From positions 22,320,001 through 22,384,000 of the forward strand of contig OX597841.1 of the NCBI GenBank assembly GCA_951406725.2: a stretch of DNA of 64,000 nucleotides. Reading direction: 5' to 3'. The notes beneath the pieces were generated by a model. That model ran no database searches and had not been told where the DNA came from. It saw only the letters and a program-made list of their open reading frames with translations. Below, piece after piece: positions 25,180 through 36,812 of the stretch (the stretch's first letter is position 1; the number at the start of each line of letters is the position of its first letter). The translations under genes and the position numbers were made by a program. The stretch is from Octopus vulgaris. Its lineage: Eukaryota.

Positions 25180-27258
25180 ATGGAAAATAGTGAGGAACCA
25201 AAAGATTTGACTTTTCTAGAAGACAAAGTGAAGAAGAGACGTATATTGTCACATAAACGTGATGTCTGTAAAAAGTCCTTCTCTGAAAAGGGTAACTTGA
25301 ATAAGCAGAAATGTATTCATACAGGTGAAAAGCCATTTCACTGTGACATTTGTGGTAAATCATTCTCTACAAATAGCAAATTGACTATACACAAACGTAT
25401 TCATACAGGAGAGATGCCATTTCACTGTGAAATCTGTGGTAAATCATTCTCTCAAAAAATGGAGTTGATTTCACACCAACGTGTTCATACAGGAGAGAAG
25501 CCATTTCACTGTGACATCTGTGGTAAATCGTTCTCTCAGAGTAGTTCTTTAACTGGTCATAAACGTATTCACACAGGAGAGACACCATATTCTTGTAATA
25601 TCTGCAGTAAATCATTTTCTAGCAGCAGTTCTTTGACTGCTCACAGACGTGTTCATACAGGAGAGAAACCATATCACTGTGACATCTGCAACAAATCTTT
25701 TTGTGTCAGTAATCAGCTAACTTCTCATAAACGTATTCATACAGGGGAGAAGCCATATCACTGCAACATCTGTAACAAATCTTTCTCTCGGAGTGATAAC
25801 CTAATTACTCATAAACGTATTCATACAGGGGAGAAGCCATTTCACTGTGTCATCTGTGGTAAATCATTCTCTGACCGAAGTACTTTCATTTCTCACAAGC
25901 GTGTTCATACAGGAGAGAAGCCATATCAGTGTAACATCTGTAGTAAATCATTCTCTCAAAAAGGTGGCTTGGTTAGGCACAAACATATTCATTCAGTTGA
26001 CACACCATATTCTTGTAATATCTGTGGCAAATCGCTCTCATGCAAAAGCAGTTTAACTTCTCACAAACGTATTCATACGGGTGAGAAGCCATATCGCTGC
26101 AACATCTGTAACAAGTCTTTCTCTGTAAGTTGTAATCTGACTATTCACAAGCGTATTCATAGAGGAGAGACACCTTATTCTTGTGATATCTGTGGTAAAT
26201 CATTCTCCCGAAATGACTACTTTGCTAAACATAAATATATCCATACAGGAGAGAAGCCGTATCACTGTGATGTGTGTAAAAAGTCTTTCTCACAAAAAGG
26301 TCTCTTAAATAGTCACAAGCGTATTCATACAAGAGAGAAGCCATTTCACTGTGAAATCTGTGGTAAATCATTCTTTCAACTTGGCAACTTAGCTACCCAT
26401 AAATGTTTCCATACAGGAGAGAAGCCATACCACTGTGATATCTGTGGTAAATCATTCTGTACAAGTTACGAATTGCTTGTACACAAACGTATTCATACAG
26501 GAGAGAAGCCCTTTCACTGTGATGTCTGTGGTACATCATTCTCTCAACAGAGTGCTTTAAATTCACACACGATTGTTCATACAGGGGAAAAGCGATTTCG
26601 CTGTGACATTTGTGGTAAATCATTGTCTACAAATAACAATTTGACTAGACACAAACGTATTCATACTGGCGAGAAGCCATATCACTGTGTCATCTGTGGT
26701 AAATCTTTCTCTGACCAGAGTGCTTCCAATTCTCACAAACGCATTCATACAGGAGAGAAGCCATATCAGTGTAACATCTGTAGTAAATCATTCTCACGTA
26801 GTAGTGCTCTCGCTTCTCACAAACGTACACATACAAGAGAAAAACCATATTCTTGTAATATATGTGGTAAATCATTCCCTCGCAACACCGCTTTAACTTA
26901 TCATAAACGTATTCATACAGGTGAGAAGCCATACCACTGTGATATCTGTGGTCTATCATTTTCTGGAAGTACTTCTTTGACTATGCACAAGCGTATTCAT
27001 ACAGGAGAGAAGCCATATCACTGTGATATCTGTGGCAAATCATTCTCTCAGAGTAGCGCTTTAACTGGTCACAAGCGTATTCATACAGGGGAGAAGCCAT
27101 ATCACTGCGATATCTGTGGCAAATCATTTTCTCTAAGTACTTATTTAATTAGTCACAAGCGTATTCATACAGGAGAGAAGCCATATCCCTGTGATAGCTG
27201 TGGCAAATCATTCTCTCGTAGTAGTGCCTTAACTTCTCACAAGCGTATTCATACATGA
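25180..27258 (+). CDS. C2H2 zinc-finger protein, gene 4 (24 finger units; inverted copy)
   Basis: 692-aa ORF; the only plus-strand ZNF CDS in the window; first 18 fingers nearly identical to gene 6. Confidence 0.95.
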   Translation: MENSEEPKDLTFLEDKVKKRRILSHKRDVCKKSFSEKGNLNKQKCIHTGEKPFHCDICGKSFSTNSKLTIHKRIHTGEMPFHCEICGKSFSQKMELISHQRVHTGEKPFHCDICGKSFSQSSSLTGHKRIHTGETPYSCNICSKSFSSSSSLTAHRRVHTGEKPYHCDICNKSFCVSNQLTSHKRIHTGEKPYHCNICNKSFSRSDNLITHKRIHTGEKPFHCVICGKSFSDRSTFISHKRVHTGEKPYQCNICSKSFSQKGGLVRHKHIHSVDTPYSCNICGKSLSCKSSLTSHKRIHTGEKPYRCNICNKSFSVSCNLTIHKRIHRGETPYSCDICGKSFSRNDYFAKHKYIHTGEKPYHCDVCKKSFSQKGLLNSHKRIHTREKPFHCEICGKSFFQLGNLATHKCFHTGEKPYHCDICGKSFCTSYELLVHKRIHTGEKPFHCDVCGTSFSQQSALNSHTIVHTGEKRFRCDICGKSLSTNNNLTRHKRIHTGEKPYHCVICGKSFSDQSASNSHKRIHTGEKPYQCNICSKSFSRSSALASHKRTHTREKPYSCNICGKSFPRNTALTYHKRIHTGEKPYHCDICGLSFSGSTSLTMHKRIHTGEKPYHCDICGKSFSQSSALTGHKRIHTGEKPYHCDICGKSFSLSTYLISHKRIHTGEKPYPCDSCGKSFSRSSALTSHKRIHT

Positions 27259-28353
27259 GAAAACCTTTTCTCTGTGAGTGGTGACTGAACCCTTTACCAT
27301 GCAGGTTATTCTGTCGAATGTGATGTTTATTTATTCACATTATTTTCAAATTGTCTTACATTATCTCACAGCTTTCAAGTTTTTACGATATGATTGTTTG
27401 TATTTAGAATGACATTGTAGGGTAGGTGCAAGAGGCCAACTCTGGCTAGTTTGACCATAAGATAGATAGAAAATTTGGACCAGATATGGCAACTTTAAAT
27501 GCTAAAGACCTAACCCTACAAGTAACAACATTTCTTACTTCCCACAAGGACCATAGGGGACCATTTTTGACTGTCATTGAAAATCACATTTAATACAATT
27601 TATTTTAAATATCAGCAAATGCATTGAATAAAGGATTTGAAAATACATTCTTTTAGCATTTATTTACATGTGAAAAATATATATCTATGCACATATACTT
27701 GATATGATGCTCATGATTGCTCATTCAATAGAGTTGTAGAAATTAAAAAGTAATAAGCAGAATTGGTGGTAAATGACCGCTCGGTACTTCTGGTGTTAAC
27801 TAAATGTGTATCTATTCATATATATGTATGACTATCAATGTGACAATTCATAAGAACAATAAGCATTTTGAGCTTCTAAAATTGTGGTAGTGTTGTGGGC
27901 TTTCTCCTTGGCATTAACCAAACTATTCATCAGGGAATTGTTGTAATTGTGGAAGTTCCTTCTATACCAAAACATAAAGAATAAGGGACACTCTCTCTAA
28001 CTATAAATGTAATCACCCAGGAGAGGAGATAGAGCTGTGTGTGATAACAGCCTCCTAACTCCAGAGTTTATTTCACCACATCTCAGGTAACTCACCTGTG
28101 GGATATTTTTATTTTTATTAAAAGCAACTTTTTTGCATATTTTAAATTTTGTCTTGCATGAATTTTAAGAATCTGTTAAAACCAATAGGTGTGGCCGTGT
28201 GGCATGAACCTTGCTTCCTGAGCAAGGCGGCTAGCTGGCGGAACCGTTAGCATGCCGGTCGAAACGCCTTGCTGTATCTCATCTGCCGCTAACGTTCTGA
28301 GTTCAAATTCGGCTGAGGTCGACTTTGCCTTTCATCCTTTCAGGGTCGATTAA

Positions 28354-28573
28354 CCCTTTAGCATTTAAACCGGCCATATCCGGCCAAAAGTATTCTACCT
28401 GTTTTATGGTCAGACTGGCCAGATCTGGTCTCTCACACTAACCCTACAATATCGTTTTAAAAATTACAGGTACCTCATCAAAATCTCATAGATTCAGGAT
28501 AATGCATGATTAGTTCAAAACAATTTAGATAAAAAAGGATTAATTTTGGCAGAATAATGCGAACACTAAAGGG
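28354..28573. mobile_element. piggyBac-like MITE, same insertion as 14331-14550
   Basis: Reverse complement of the 14331 copy at the identical site. Confidence 0.85.
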
Positions 28574-28751
28574 TTAAATAAGTACCAGTTACGCACTAGG
28601 GTCGATATAATCGACTTAATTCATTTGTTGGTCCTTGTTTGTCCTCTCTGTGTTTAGCCCCTTGTGGGTAGTAAAGAAATAGGTATGAACCTTGCTTCGC
28701 AACTGCATGCTTCTGGGATCAGTCCCACTACATGGCACCTTATGCATGTCT

Positions 28752-31150
28752 AAGTTTTGAATTCAAATCTTCAACCAAATCTTAGTCACTATATATGCTC
28801 CTAACACTAGCTCGATGATATCTAAGTTATTTTACTAAATTCTTTGTTATATTTAAAGTAATTGAAAGAAACAGAGCATCTCAAAATAAATACAGTAACG
28901 AAAGGGTTAAATCATTACAAACAAGAATGTACATGAAGCCAAGTGAAATTGCAAGCACGGAAGATAGTAGTTTCTCTTCTGGACCACCAGTCATTATATA
29001 AGGAATGGTCCTTACCGTTTTTGTGCAGAGAGAAAGAAGGAGAGATGGAGATGAGATCAGGACAACTGATGCTGCCCAGCACACAGAACCAAACCAGGAA
29101 GATGCTACAGAATTTCAACTGTGATACAACTCCCACTGTTCCAGATAGAGTTCGTTAAAACTTGCCAAACCTGTTACTTCACAATTTGTAAGACATTTGC
29201 CATGTATTTTTATAAAGGGTTGTAATAAATAAATCGCATTGAATTTACGTGGTTCTTCTTGTCATTCTTTTGTATTCGGTAACTCCAGGCAGACAGACTA
29301 GACCAGTGAATGCATAACAACACACAGGTACATCAAGATGAACCAGCCACAGTTAACTCGCAAGCAAAACTCATAACCAATGCTACAGAATTTCAACTGT
29401 GATTCAACTTCCACTGTTCCAGATAGAGTTCGTTAAAACTCAACACCCCCTACACTCTAATCATGCTTCCTTTGCAGTATCCTATTCCTTTACTACCCAC
29501 AAGGGGCTAAACACAGAGAGGAGACAAACAAGGACAGACAAAGGGATTAAGTCGATTACATCGACTCCAGTGCGTAACTGGTACTTATTTAATCGACCCC
29601 GAAAGGATGTCGACCTCAGCGGAATTTGAACTCAGGCGACGCTGACAAAAATAAAATTCTAATCATTCTGGATTATGCATTAACTGGTGTAGTCGGTGTC
29701 CCTGGACTTACCATAAATAAACAAATGACAAGAAGATCTAGGACTGTTATTTATTACAACCCCTTATAAAAATACATGGCAAATGTCTTACATATTGTGA
29801 AGTAACAGGTTTGGCAACAGGTTTTAACGAACTCTATCTGGAACAGTGGGAGTTGTATCACAGTTGAAATTCTGTAGCATGTTCATGGTTTGGTTCCGTG
29901 TGTTGGGCAGCATCTGTTGTTGTGATCTGTCCGTTGCTGTAGAGGAAGTACAAGTTTACCAGGCCAGAGAGAGAGATCAGGATGAAGACAGAAACAGGTG
30001 TGCCGCCACAAAGGAGATACATGGTTACCCAGCCTGAGGGAAATGCAGGAGAAGGAGATAGAGGGTGGGAGACAACACGATGGACATACTGGCAAAATGA
30101 TGGGCGTATTCACTAGGGAGGGGATCAGAACATAAACGGGGATAGTTGAGTAAAGGAAGAAAGAGATATAGATGGTGGCGAGGGCCAGGACATACCCTTA
30201 AGGTTCAAACGTCATAATATAGGGAACAGGATACTGTAAATGTGGCGAGCTGGCAGGAACGTTAGGCTCTGAGTTCAAATTCCGCTGAGGTCGACATCCT
30301 TTCGGGGTCGATTAAATAAGTACCAGTTACGCACTGGAGTCGATGTAATCGACTTAATCCCTTTGTCTGTCCTTGTTTGTCTCCTCTCTGTGTTTAGCCC
30401 CTTGTGGGTAGTAAAGGAATAGGATACTGCAAAGGAAGCATGATTAGAGTGTAGGGGGTGTTGAGTTTTAATGAACTCTATCTGGAACAGTGGGAGTTGT
30501 ATCACAGTTGAAATTCTGTAGCATTGGTTATGAGTTTTGCTTGCGAGTTAACTGTGGCTGGTTCATCTTGATGTACCTGTGTGTTGGTTATGCATTCACT
30601 GGTCTAGTCTGTCTGCCTGGAGTTACCGAATACAAAAGAATGACAAGAAGAACCACGTAAATTCAATGCGATTTATTTATTACAACCCTTTATAAAAATA
30701 CATGGCAAATGTCTTACATATTGTGAAGTAACAGGTTTGGCAAGTTTTAACAAACTCTCTCTGGAACGGTGGAAGTTGTATCACAGTTGAAATTCTGTAG
30801 CATCTTCCTGGTTTGGTTCTGTGAGCTGGGCAGCATCAGTTGTCCTGATCTCATCTCCATCTCTCCTTCTTTCTCTCTGCACAAAAACGGTAAGGACCAT
30901 TCCTTATATAATGACTGGTGGTCCAGAAGAGAAACTAGTATCTTCAGTGCTTGCAATTTCACTTGGCTTCATGTACCTTCTCATTTGTAATAATTTAACA
31001 CTTTCGTTACTGTATTTACTTTGAGATGCTCTGTTTCTTTCAATTACTTTAAATATAACAAAGAATTTAGTAAAATAACTTAGTTACCATTGAGCTAGTG
31101 TTAGGAGCATATATTGTGACTAAGATTTGGTGGAAGATTTTTATTCAAAA
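28752..31150. repeat. Inverted repeat (arms ~28752-29635 and ~30270-31150)
   Basis: Mirrored spurious ORFs 29399..29629(+)/30275..30505(-) and 28943..29158(+)/30747..30962(-). Confidence 0.85.
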
Positions 31151-32941
31151 CTTATGGAAACAAGACATTTGTACTCAGAACCAGAGCCGGGTTGGTATTG
31201 AAGGGGTTAAACACACCTCTACATTTGGGCAGATGGACATAAGAACTTGGAAGGGTGTGAACTGAAGGAAATTAGGCTGTTATTTCTAGCATATAGAATG
31301 ACCACACTGAGGTCTCCATCTCTCATGTCTTCTGCTGATTAATTTTCTTCTTAACCCTTTCATTACTGTATTTATTTTGAGATGCTCTGTTTCTGTCAAT
31401 TACTTTAAATATAACAAAGAATTTAGTAAAATAACTTAGTTATCATTGAGCTAGTGTTAGGAGCATATATTGTGACTAAGATTTGGTGGAAGATTTGAAT
31501 TCAAAACTTATGGAAACAAGATAATTGTACTCAGAGCCAGAGTCGGTTAGTAACGAAAGGGTTAAAGATTAATAGCCAGGAAGACAATATGCTTCCTATA
31601 AATATAAATGTTGGGTTTCTTTCAGTTTCCCTCTAAAAAACCCACTCACAAGGGTTTGTTCAGCTTAATGTTCTAGTAGAATGGACTTGCATAAGGTGCC
31701 ATGTAGTGGGACTGATCCCAGAAGCATGCAGTTGGGAAGCAAGGTTCATACCTATTTCTTTACAACCCACAAGGGGCTAAACACAGAGAGGACAAACAAA
31801 CGAATTAAGTCGATTATATCGACCCCAGTGCGTAACTGGTACTTATTTAATCGACCCCGAAAGGATGAAAGGCAAAGCGGACCTCAACCGAATTTGAACT
31901 CAGAACGTTAGTGGCAGATGAATTACTGCAAAGCGTTTCGCCCGGCATGCTAACGGTTCTGCCAGCTCGCTGCCTTGCTTAGGAAGCAAGGTTCAAACCA
32001 CACGGCCACACCTATTGGTTTTAACAGATTCTTAAAATTCATGCAAGACAAAATTTAAAATATGCAAAAAAGTTGCTTTTAATAAATATAAAAATATCCC
32101 ACAGGTGAGTTACCTGAGATGTGGTGAAATAAACTCTGGAGTTAGGAGGCTGTTATCACACACAGCTCTATCTCCTCTCCTGGGTGATTACATTTATAGT
32201 TAGAGAGAGTGTCCCTTATTCTTTATGTTTTGGCATAGAAGGAACTTCCACAATTACAACAATTCCCTGATGAATAGTTTGGTTAATGCCAAGGAGAAAG
32301 CCCACAACACTACCACAATTTTAGAAGCTCAAAATGCTTATTGTTCTTATGAATTGTCACATTGATAGTCATACATCTATATGAATAGATACACATTTAG
32401 TTAACAGCAGAAGTACCGAGCGGTCATTTTTCACCAATTCTGCTTATTACTTTTTAATTCCTACAACTGTATTGAATGTGCAATCATGAGCATCATATCA
32501 AGTATATGTGCATAGATATATATTTTTCACATGTAAATAAATGCTAAAAGAATGTATTTTCAAATCCTTTATTCAATGCATTTGCTGATATTTAAAATAA
32601 ATTGTATTAAATGTGATTTTCAATGACAGTCAAAAATGGTCCCCTATGATCCTTGTAGGAAGTAAGAAATGTTGTTACTTGTAGGGTTAGCTCTTTAGCA
32701 TTTAAAGTGGCCATACCTGGTCCAAATTTTCTATCTATCTTACAGTCAAACTAGCCAGAGTTGGCCTCTTGCACCTACCCTACAATGTCATTCTAAATAC
32801 AAACAATCATATTGTAAAAACTTGAAAGCTGTGAGATAATGTAAGACAATTTGAAAATAATGTGAATAAATAAACATCACATTCGACAGAATAACCTGCA
32901 TGGTAAAGGGTTCAGTCACCACTCACAGAGAAAAGGTTTTC

Positions 32942-34432
32942 TCATGTATGAATACGCTTGTGAGAAGTTAAGTTACTAGTTTGAGAGAATGATTTGCCAC
33001 AGCTATCGCAGTGATATGGCTTCTCTCCTGTATGAATACGCTTGTGCATAGTCAAAGAAGAACTTACAGAAAATGATAGACCACAGATATCACAGTGGTA
33101 TGGCTTCTCACCTGTATGAATACGTTTGTGATAAGTTAAAGTGTTGTTGCGAGGGAATGATTTACCACATATATTACAAGAATATGGTTTCTCTCCTGTA
33201 TGTGTACGTTTATGATAAGTTAAAGAGGAGTTGCGAGGGAATGATTTACCACATATATTACAAGAATATGGTTTCTCTCCTGTATGTGTACGTTTGTGAG
33301 AAGTGAGAGAACTACTATGAGAGAATGATTTACTACAGATGTTACACTGATATGGCTTCTCTCCTGTATGAATGCGTTTGTGAGAATTGGAAGCACTTTG
33401 GTCGGAGAAGGATTTACCACACACATCACAGTGATATGGCTTCTCGCCAGTATGAATACGTTTGTGTTTAGTCAAGTTATTATTTTGAGAGAATGATTTA
33501 CCACAAATATCACAGCGAAATCGCTTTTCCCCTGTATGAACAATCGTGTGTGAATTTAAAGCACTCTGTTGAGAGAATGATGTACCACAGACATCACAGT
33601 GAAAGGGCTTCTCCCCTGTATGAATACGTTTGTGTACAAGCAATTTGGAACTTTTACAGAATGATTTACCACAGATATCACAAGAATATGGTGTTTCTCC
33701 TGTATGAATACGTTTATGAGTAATTAGGTTACTACTGGTAGAGAGAGATTTGTTACAGACATCACAGTGAAATGGCTTCTCTCCCGTATGGATATATTTA
33801 TGTGTAGCTAAGTTGTCATTTCGGGAGAATGATTTACCACAGATATCACAAGAATAAGGTGTCTCTCCTGTATGAATACGCTTGTGAATAGTCAGATTAC
33901 TAATTACAGTGAAAGACTTGTTACAGATGTTGCAGCGATATGGTTTCTCTCCTGTATGAACACGTTTGTGAGCAGTCAAAGAACTGCTGCTAGAAAATGA
34001 TTTACTACAGATATTACAGGAATATGGTGTCTCTCCTGTGTGAATACGTTTATGATGCGTTAAAGTACTACTGTGAGAGAACGATTTACCACAAATGTTA
34101 CAGTGAAATGACTTCTCTCCTGTATGAACACGTTGGTGTGAAATCAACTCCATTTTTTGAGAGAATGATTTACCACAGATTTCACAGTGAAATGCCTTCT
34201 CTCCTGTATGAATACGTTTGTGTCTAGTCAAGTTGCCATTTGCAGAGAATGATTTACCACAGATGTCACAGTGAAATGGCTTTTCACCTGTATGAATACA
34301 TTTCTGCTTATTCAAGTTACCCTTTTCAGAGAAGGCCTTTTTACAGACATCACATTCGTGTGACAATATACGTCTCTTCTTCACTTTGTCTTCTAGAAAA
34401 GTCAAATCCTTTGGTTCCTCACTATTTTCCAT
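32942..34432 (-). CDS. C2H2 zinc-finger protein, gene 5 (17 finger units)
   Basis: ORF 32942..34486, first ATG at 34432; close paralogue of gene 2. Confidence 0.95.
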   Translation of the reverse strand: MENSEEPKDLTFLEDKVKKRRILSHECDVCKKAFSEKGNLNKQKCIHTGEKPFHCDICGKSFSANGNLTRHKRIHTGEKAFHCEICGKSFSQKMELISHQRVHTGEKSFHCNICGKSFSHSSTLTHHKRIHTGETPYSCNICSKSFSSSSSLTAHKRVHTGEKPYRCNICNKSFTVISNLTIHKRIHTGETPYSCDICGKSFSRNDNLATHKYIHTGEKPFHCDVCNKSLSTSSNLITHKRIHTGETPYSCDICGKSFCKSSKLLVHKRIHTGEKPFHCDVCGTSFSQQSALNSHTIVHTGEKRFRCDICGKSFSQNNNLTKHKRIHTGEKPYHCDVCGKSFSDQSASNSHKRIHTGEKPYQCNICSKSFSHSSSLTSHKRTHTGEKPYSCNICGKSFPRNSSLTYHKRTHTGEKPYSCNICGKSFPRNNTLTYHKRIHTGEKPYHCDICGLSFSVSSSLTMHKRIHTGEKPYHCDSCGKSFSQTSNLTSHKRIHT

Positions 34433-35728
34433 TTTATTTCTTTGAAAATCACAATAGATATATTTTTTCCTTCTCTTTGCTTCCACACTGTTTTGTTTAC
34501 AAATATTTCAACTGCTGTATTTCTGTCCAGTAAATTTATCCAAGTTTAATTTCCACACAGACACATCTTGTAGACACTCCAGCCAGTGAAGTCCAGAAAG
34601 TTTGCTAAGAACACATTTCAAAGTGGAATTCTACGACACATTTTCAGAAACAATCTTATACATCTCTTCTGTACAATATTTTGGTCTTTAAAAGATGATA
34701 AATAATGAGAACGTATCTTCAGTTATACCAATGTGATCTGATATTCTGAAATAATAAAGAAACAACAGTGTAAGATATAGAGGCTACTTAAAAAATACTG
34801 ATTCAACATTTCCATAAAGATAAACTCTAGAAATAAACATTTAACTGAACAACAGAATTTTAAATTTATTAAAATTTACATCTTATGTGAAGCTAACATA
34901 TTTGTAAACTCCAATTACACATTCACATTTAAAAATAAATACACACACAAGGCACAGGAGTGGCTGTGTGGTAAGTAGCTTGTTTACCAACCACATGGTT
35001 CCGGGTTCAGTCCCATTGCATGGCACTTTGGGCAAGTGTCTTCTACTATATCCTCAGGCCGACCAAAGCCTTGTGAGTGGATTTGGTAGACGGAAACTGA
35101 AAGAAGCCCGTCGTATATATGTATATATATATATATATGTATGTGTGTGTTTGTGTTTGTCCCCCTAGCATTGCTTGATAACCGATGCTGGTGTGTTTAT
35201 GTCCCCGTTACTTGGCAGATCGGCAAAAGAGACCCATAGAATAAGTACTGGGCTTACAAAAGTATAAGTCCCGGGGTCGAGTTGCTCGATTAAAAAGGCG
35301 GTGCTCCAGTATGACCGCAGTCAAAATGACTGAAACAAGTAAAAGAGTAAAGAGTACACACACACACACACACACAGTGAGAACAGTCAAAATCAAAATC
35401 AAACGAAATGAAATCAGATATCAGAAAGCAGAACCAAAATCGAGGTCGATCAACATCAGTGGAAGTTGCAGCAGTGGTTAAGCGAACCATCCGATCGTGG
35501 TCGCTGCCGGCTCCGCCTGGCCCCCGGGCCGGTGGCACGTAAAAAGCACCCACTACACTCATTGGAGACAAGATCGGGATTCGTAGTGGGTGGGAAAAAC
35601 ACATGGGGAAACGATGGAGCGTGTAGAAGGTAGGCTCCATAGCTAGAAATAGCAGCCAAATGTCGCACACATCAAAGGACATCTAAAACACCAAAGTATT
35701 GAAAGATTAAACGATTTCATTGTTTAAT

Positions 35729-35900
35729 ACTTACGGAAATGTCTTTATAGAGGATGGTGTTGTTGTTAGAAGTGCTTCAGGTGGTTGAGAAATGTATTAT
35801 AAATGTGTTTGGGAGTGAATTGAGAGAAATTCTGGCACCAGACATGTGCGCAGAGATTTCAGGAATGGAGGCGGAAATACGCTTAGTGCGCATGCGTATG
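35729..35900 (-). promoter_or_regulatory. Putative promoter and exon 1 of gene 5
   Basis: Donor at 35734, NRF-1 motif at ~35887, acceptor at 34747-34746. Confidence 0.65.
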
Positions 35901-36775
35901 AAACATTCATTTCACATTTTGTCACAAGGCCAGCAATTTCGGTGACGGGGGGTGGGTCCCTAAAGTCGATTACACGAACCTTAGTGGATGGAAGCACTCC
36001 GTCGGTTACGACGATGAGGGTTCCGGTTGATCCGAATCAACGGAACAACCTGCTCGTGAAATTAAAGTGTAAGTGGCTGAGCACTCCACAGACACGTGTA
36101 CCCTTAACGTAGTTCTCGGGGATATTCAGCGTGACACAGAGAGTGACAAGGCCGGCCCCTTGAAATACAGGTACAACAGAAACAGGAAGTAAGAGTGAGA
36201 GAAAGTTGTGGTGAAAGAGTACAGCAGGGATCACCACCATCCCCTGCCGGAGCCTCGTGGAGCTTTTAGGCGTTTTCGCTCAATAAACACTCACAACGCC
36301 CGGTCTGGGAATCGAAACCGCGATCCTATGACCGCGAGTCCGCTGCCCTAACCACTGGGCCATTGCGCCTCCACTAACGAACCTTAGTAGTCAACTGGTA
36401 ATTTATTTTATTGACCCGCCAAAAAAAAGGCGAAAGGCAAACCTGACCCCGAAACGATGAAAGGCACAGTCGACTTCCCCGTAGTTTCGGTATACGTAGA
36501 AAAGGTGCACCCTGCCTACTGGATCGATTCAATCTGACGTGTGATTTAGGTAGGGGGATACTTTGGCTGCTATTTTTAGCGAGTCGAGCGGCCAGGTAGA
36601 GGCTCTTTCATTGGTTTGATTGCGTGATGAGATTTTTTGACACCTATACGTACGTATATATATATATCATCGGCAGAAGTCTGAGAGTAAGTCAAAAGAT
36701 AAGAGTTTCAAGTATTGGCACTCATGAAACACGAATTTGGCCATTGTCACTCTGTAACTTCTGCCTATCATTAAC

Positions 36776-36812
<37 letters not shown>

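Noticed and set aside
29015-29195. Possible downstream exon (TTTTTGTGCAG ... TTT|GTAAGA) encoding RERRRDGDEIRTTDAAQH...
   Set aside because: It has plausible splice signals but an internal stop, no identified upstream donor, and conservation explained by recent duplication.
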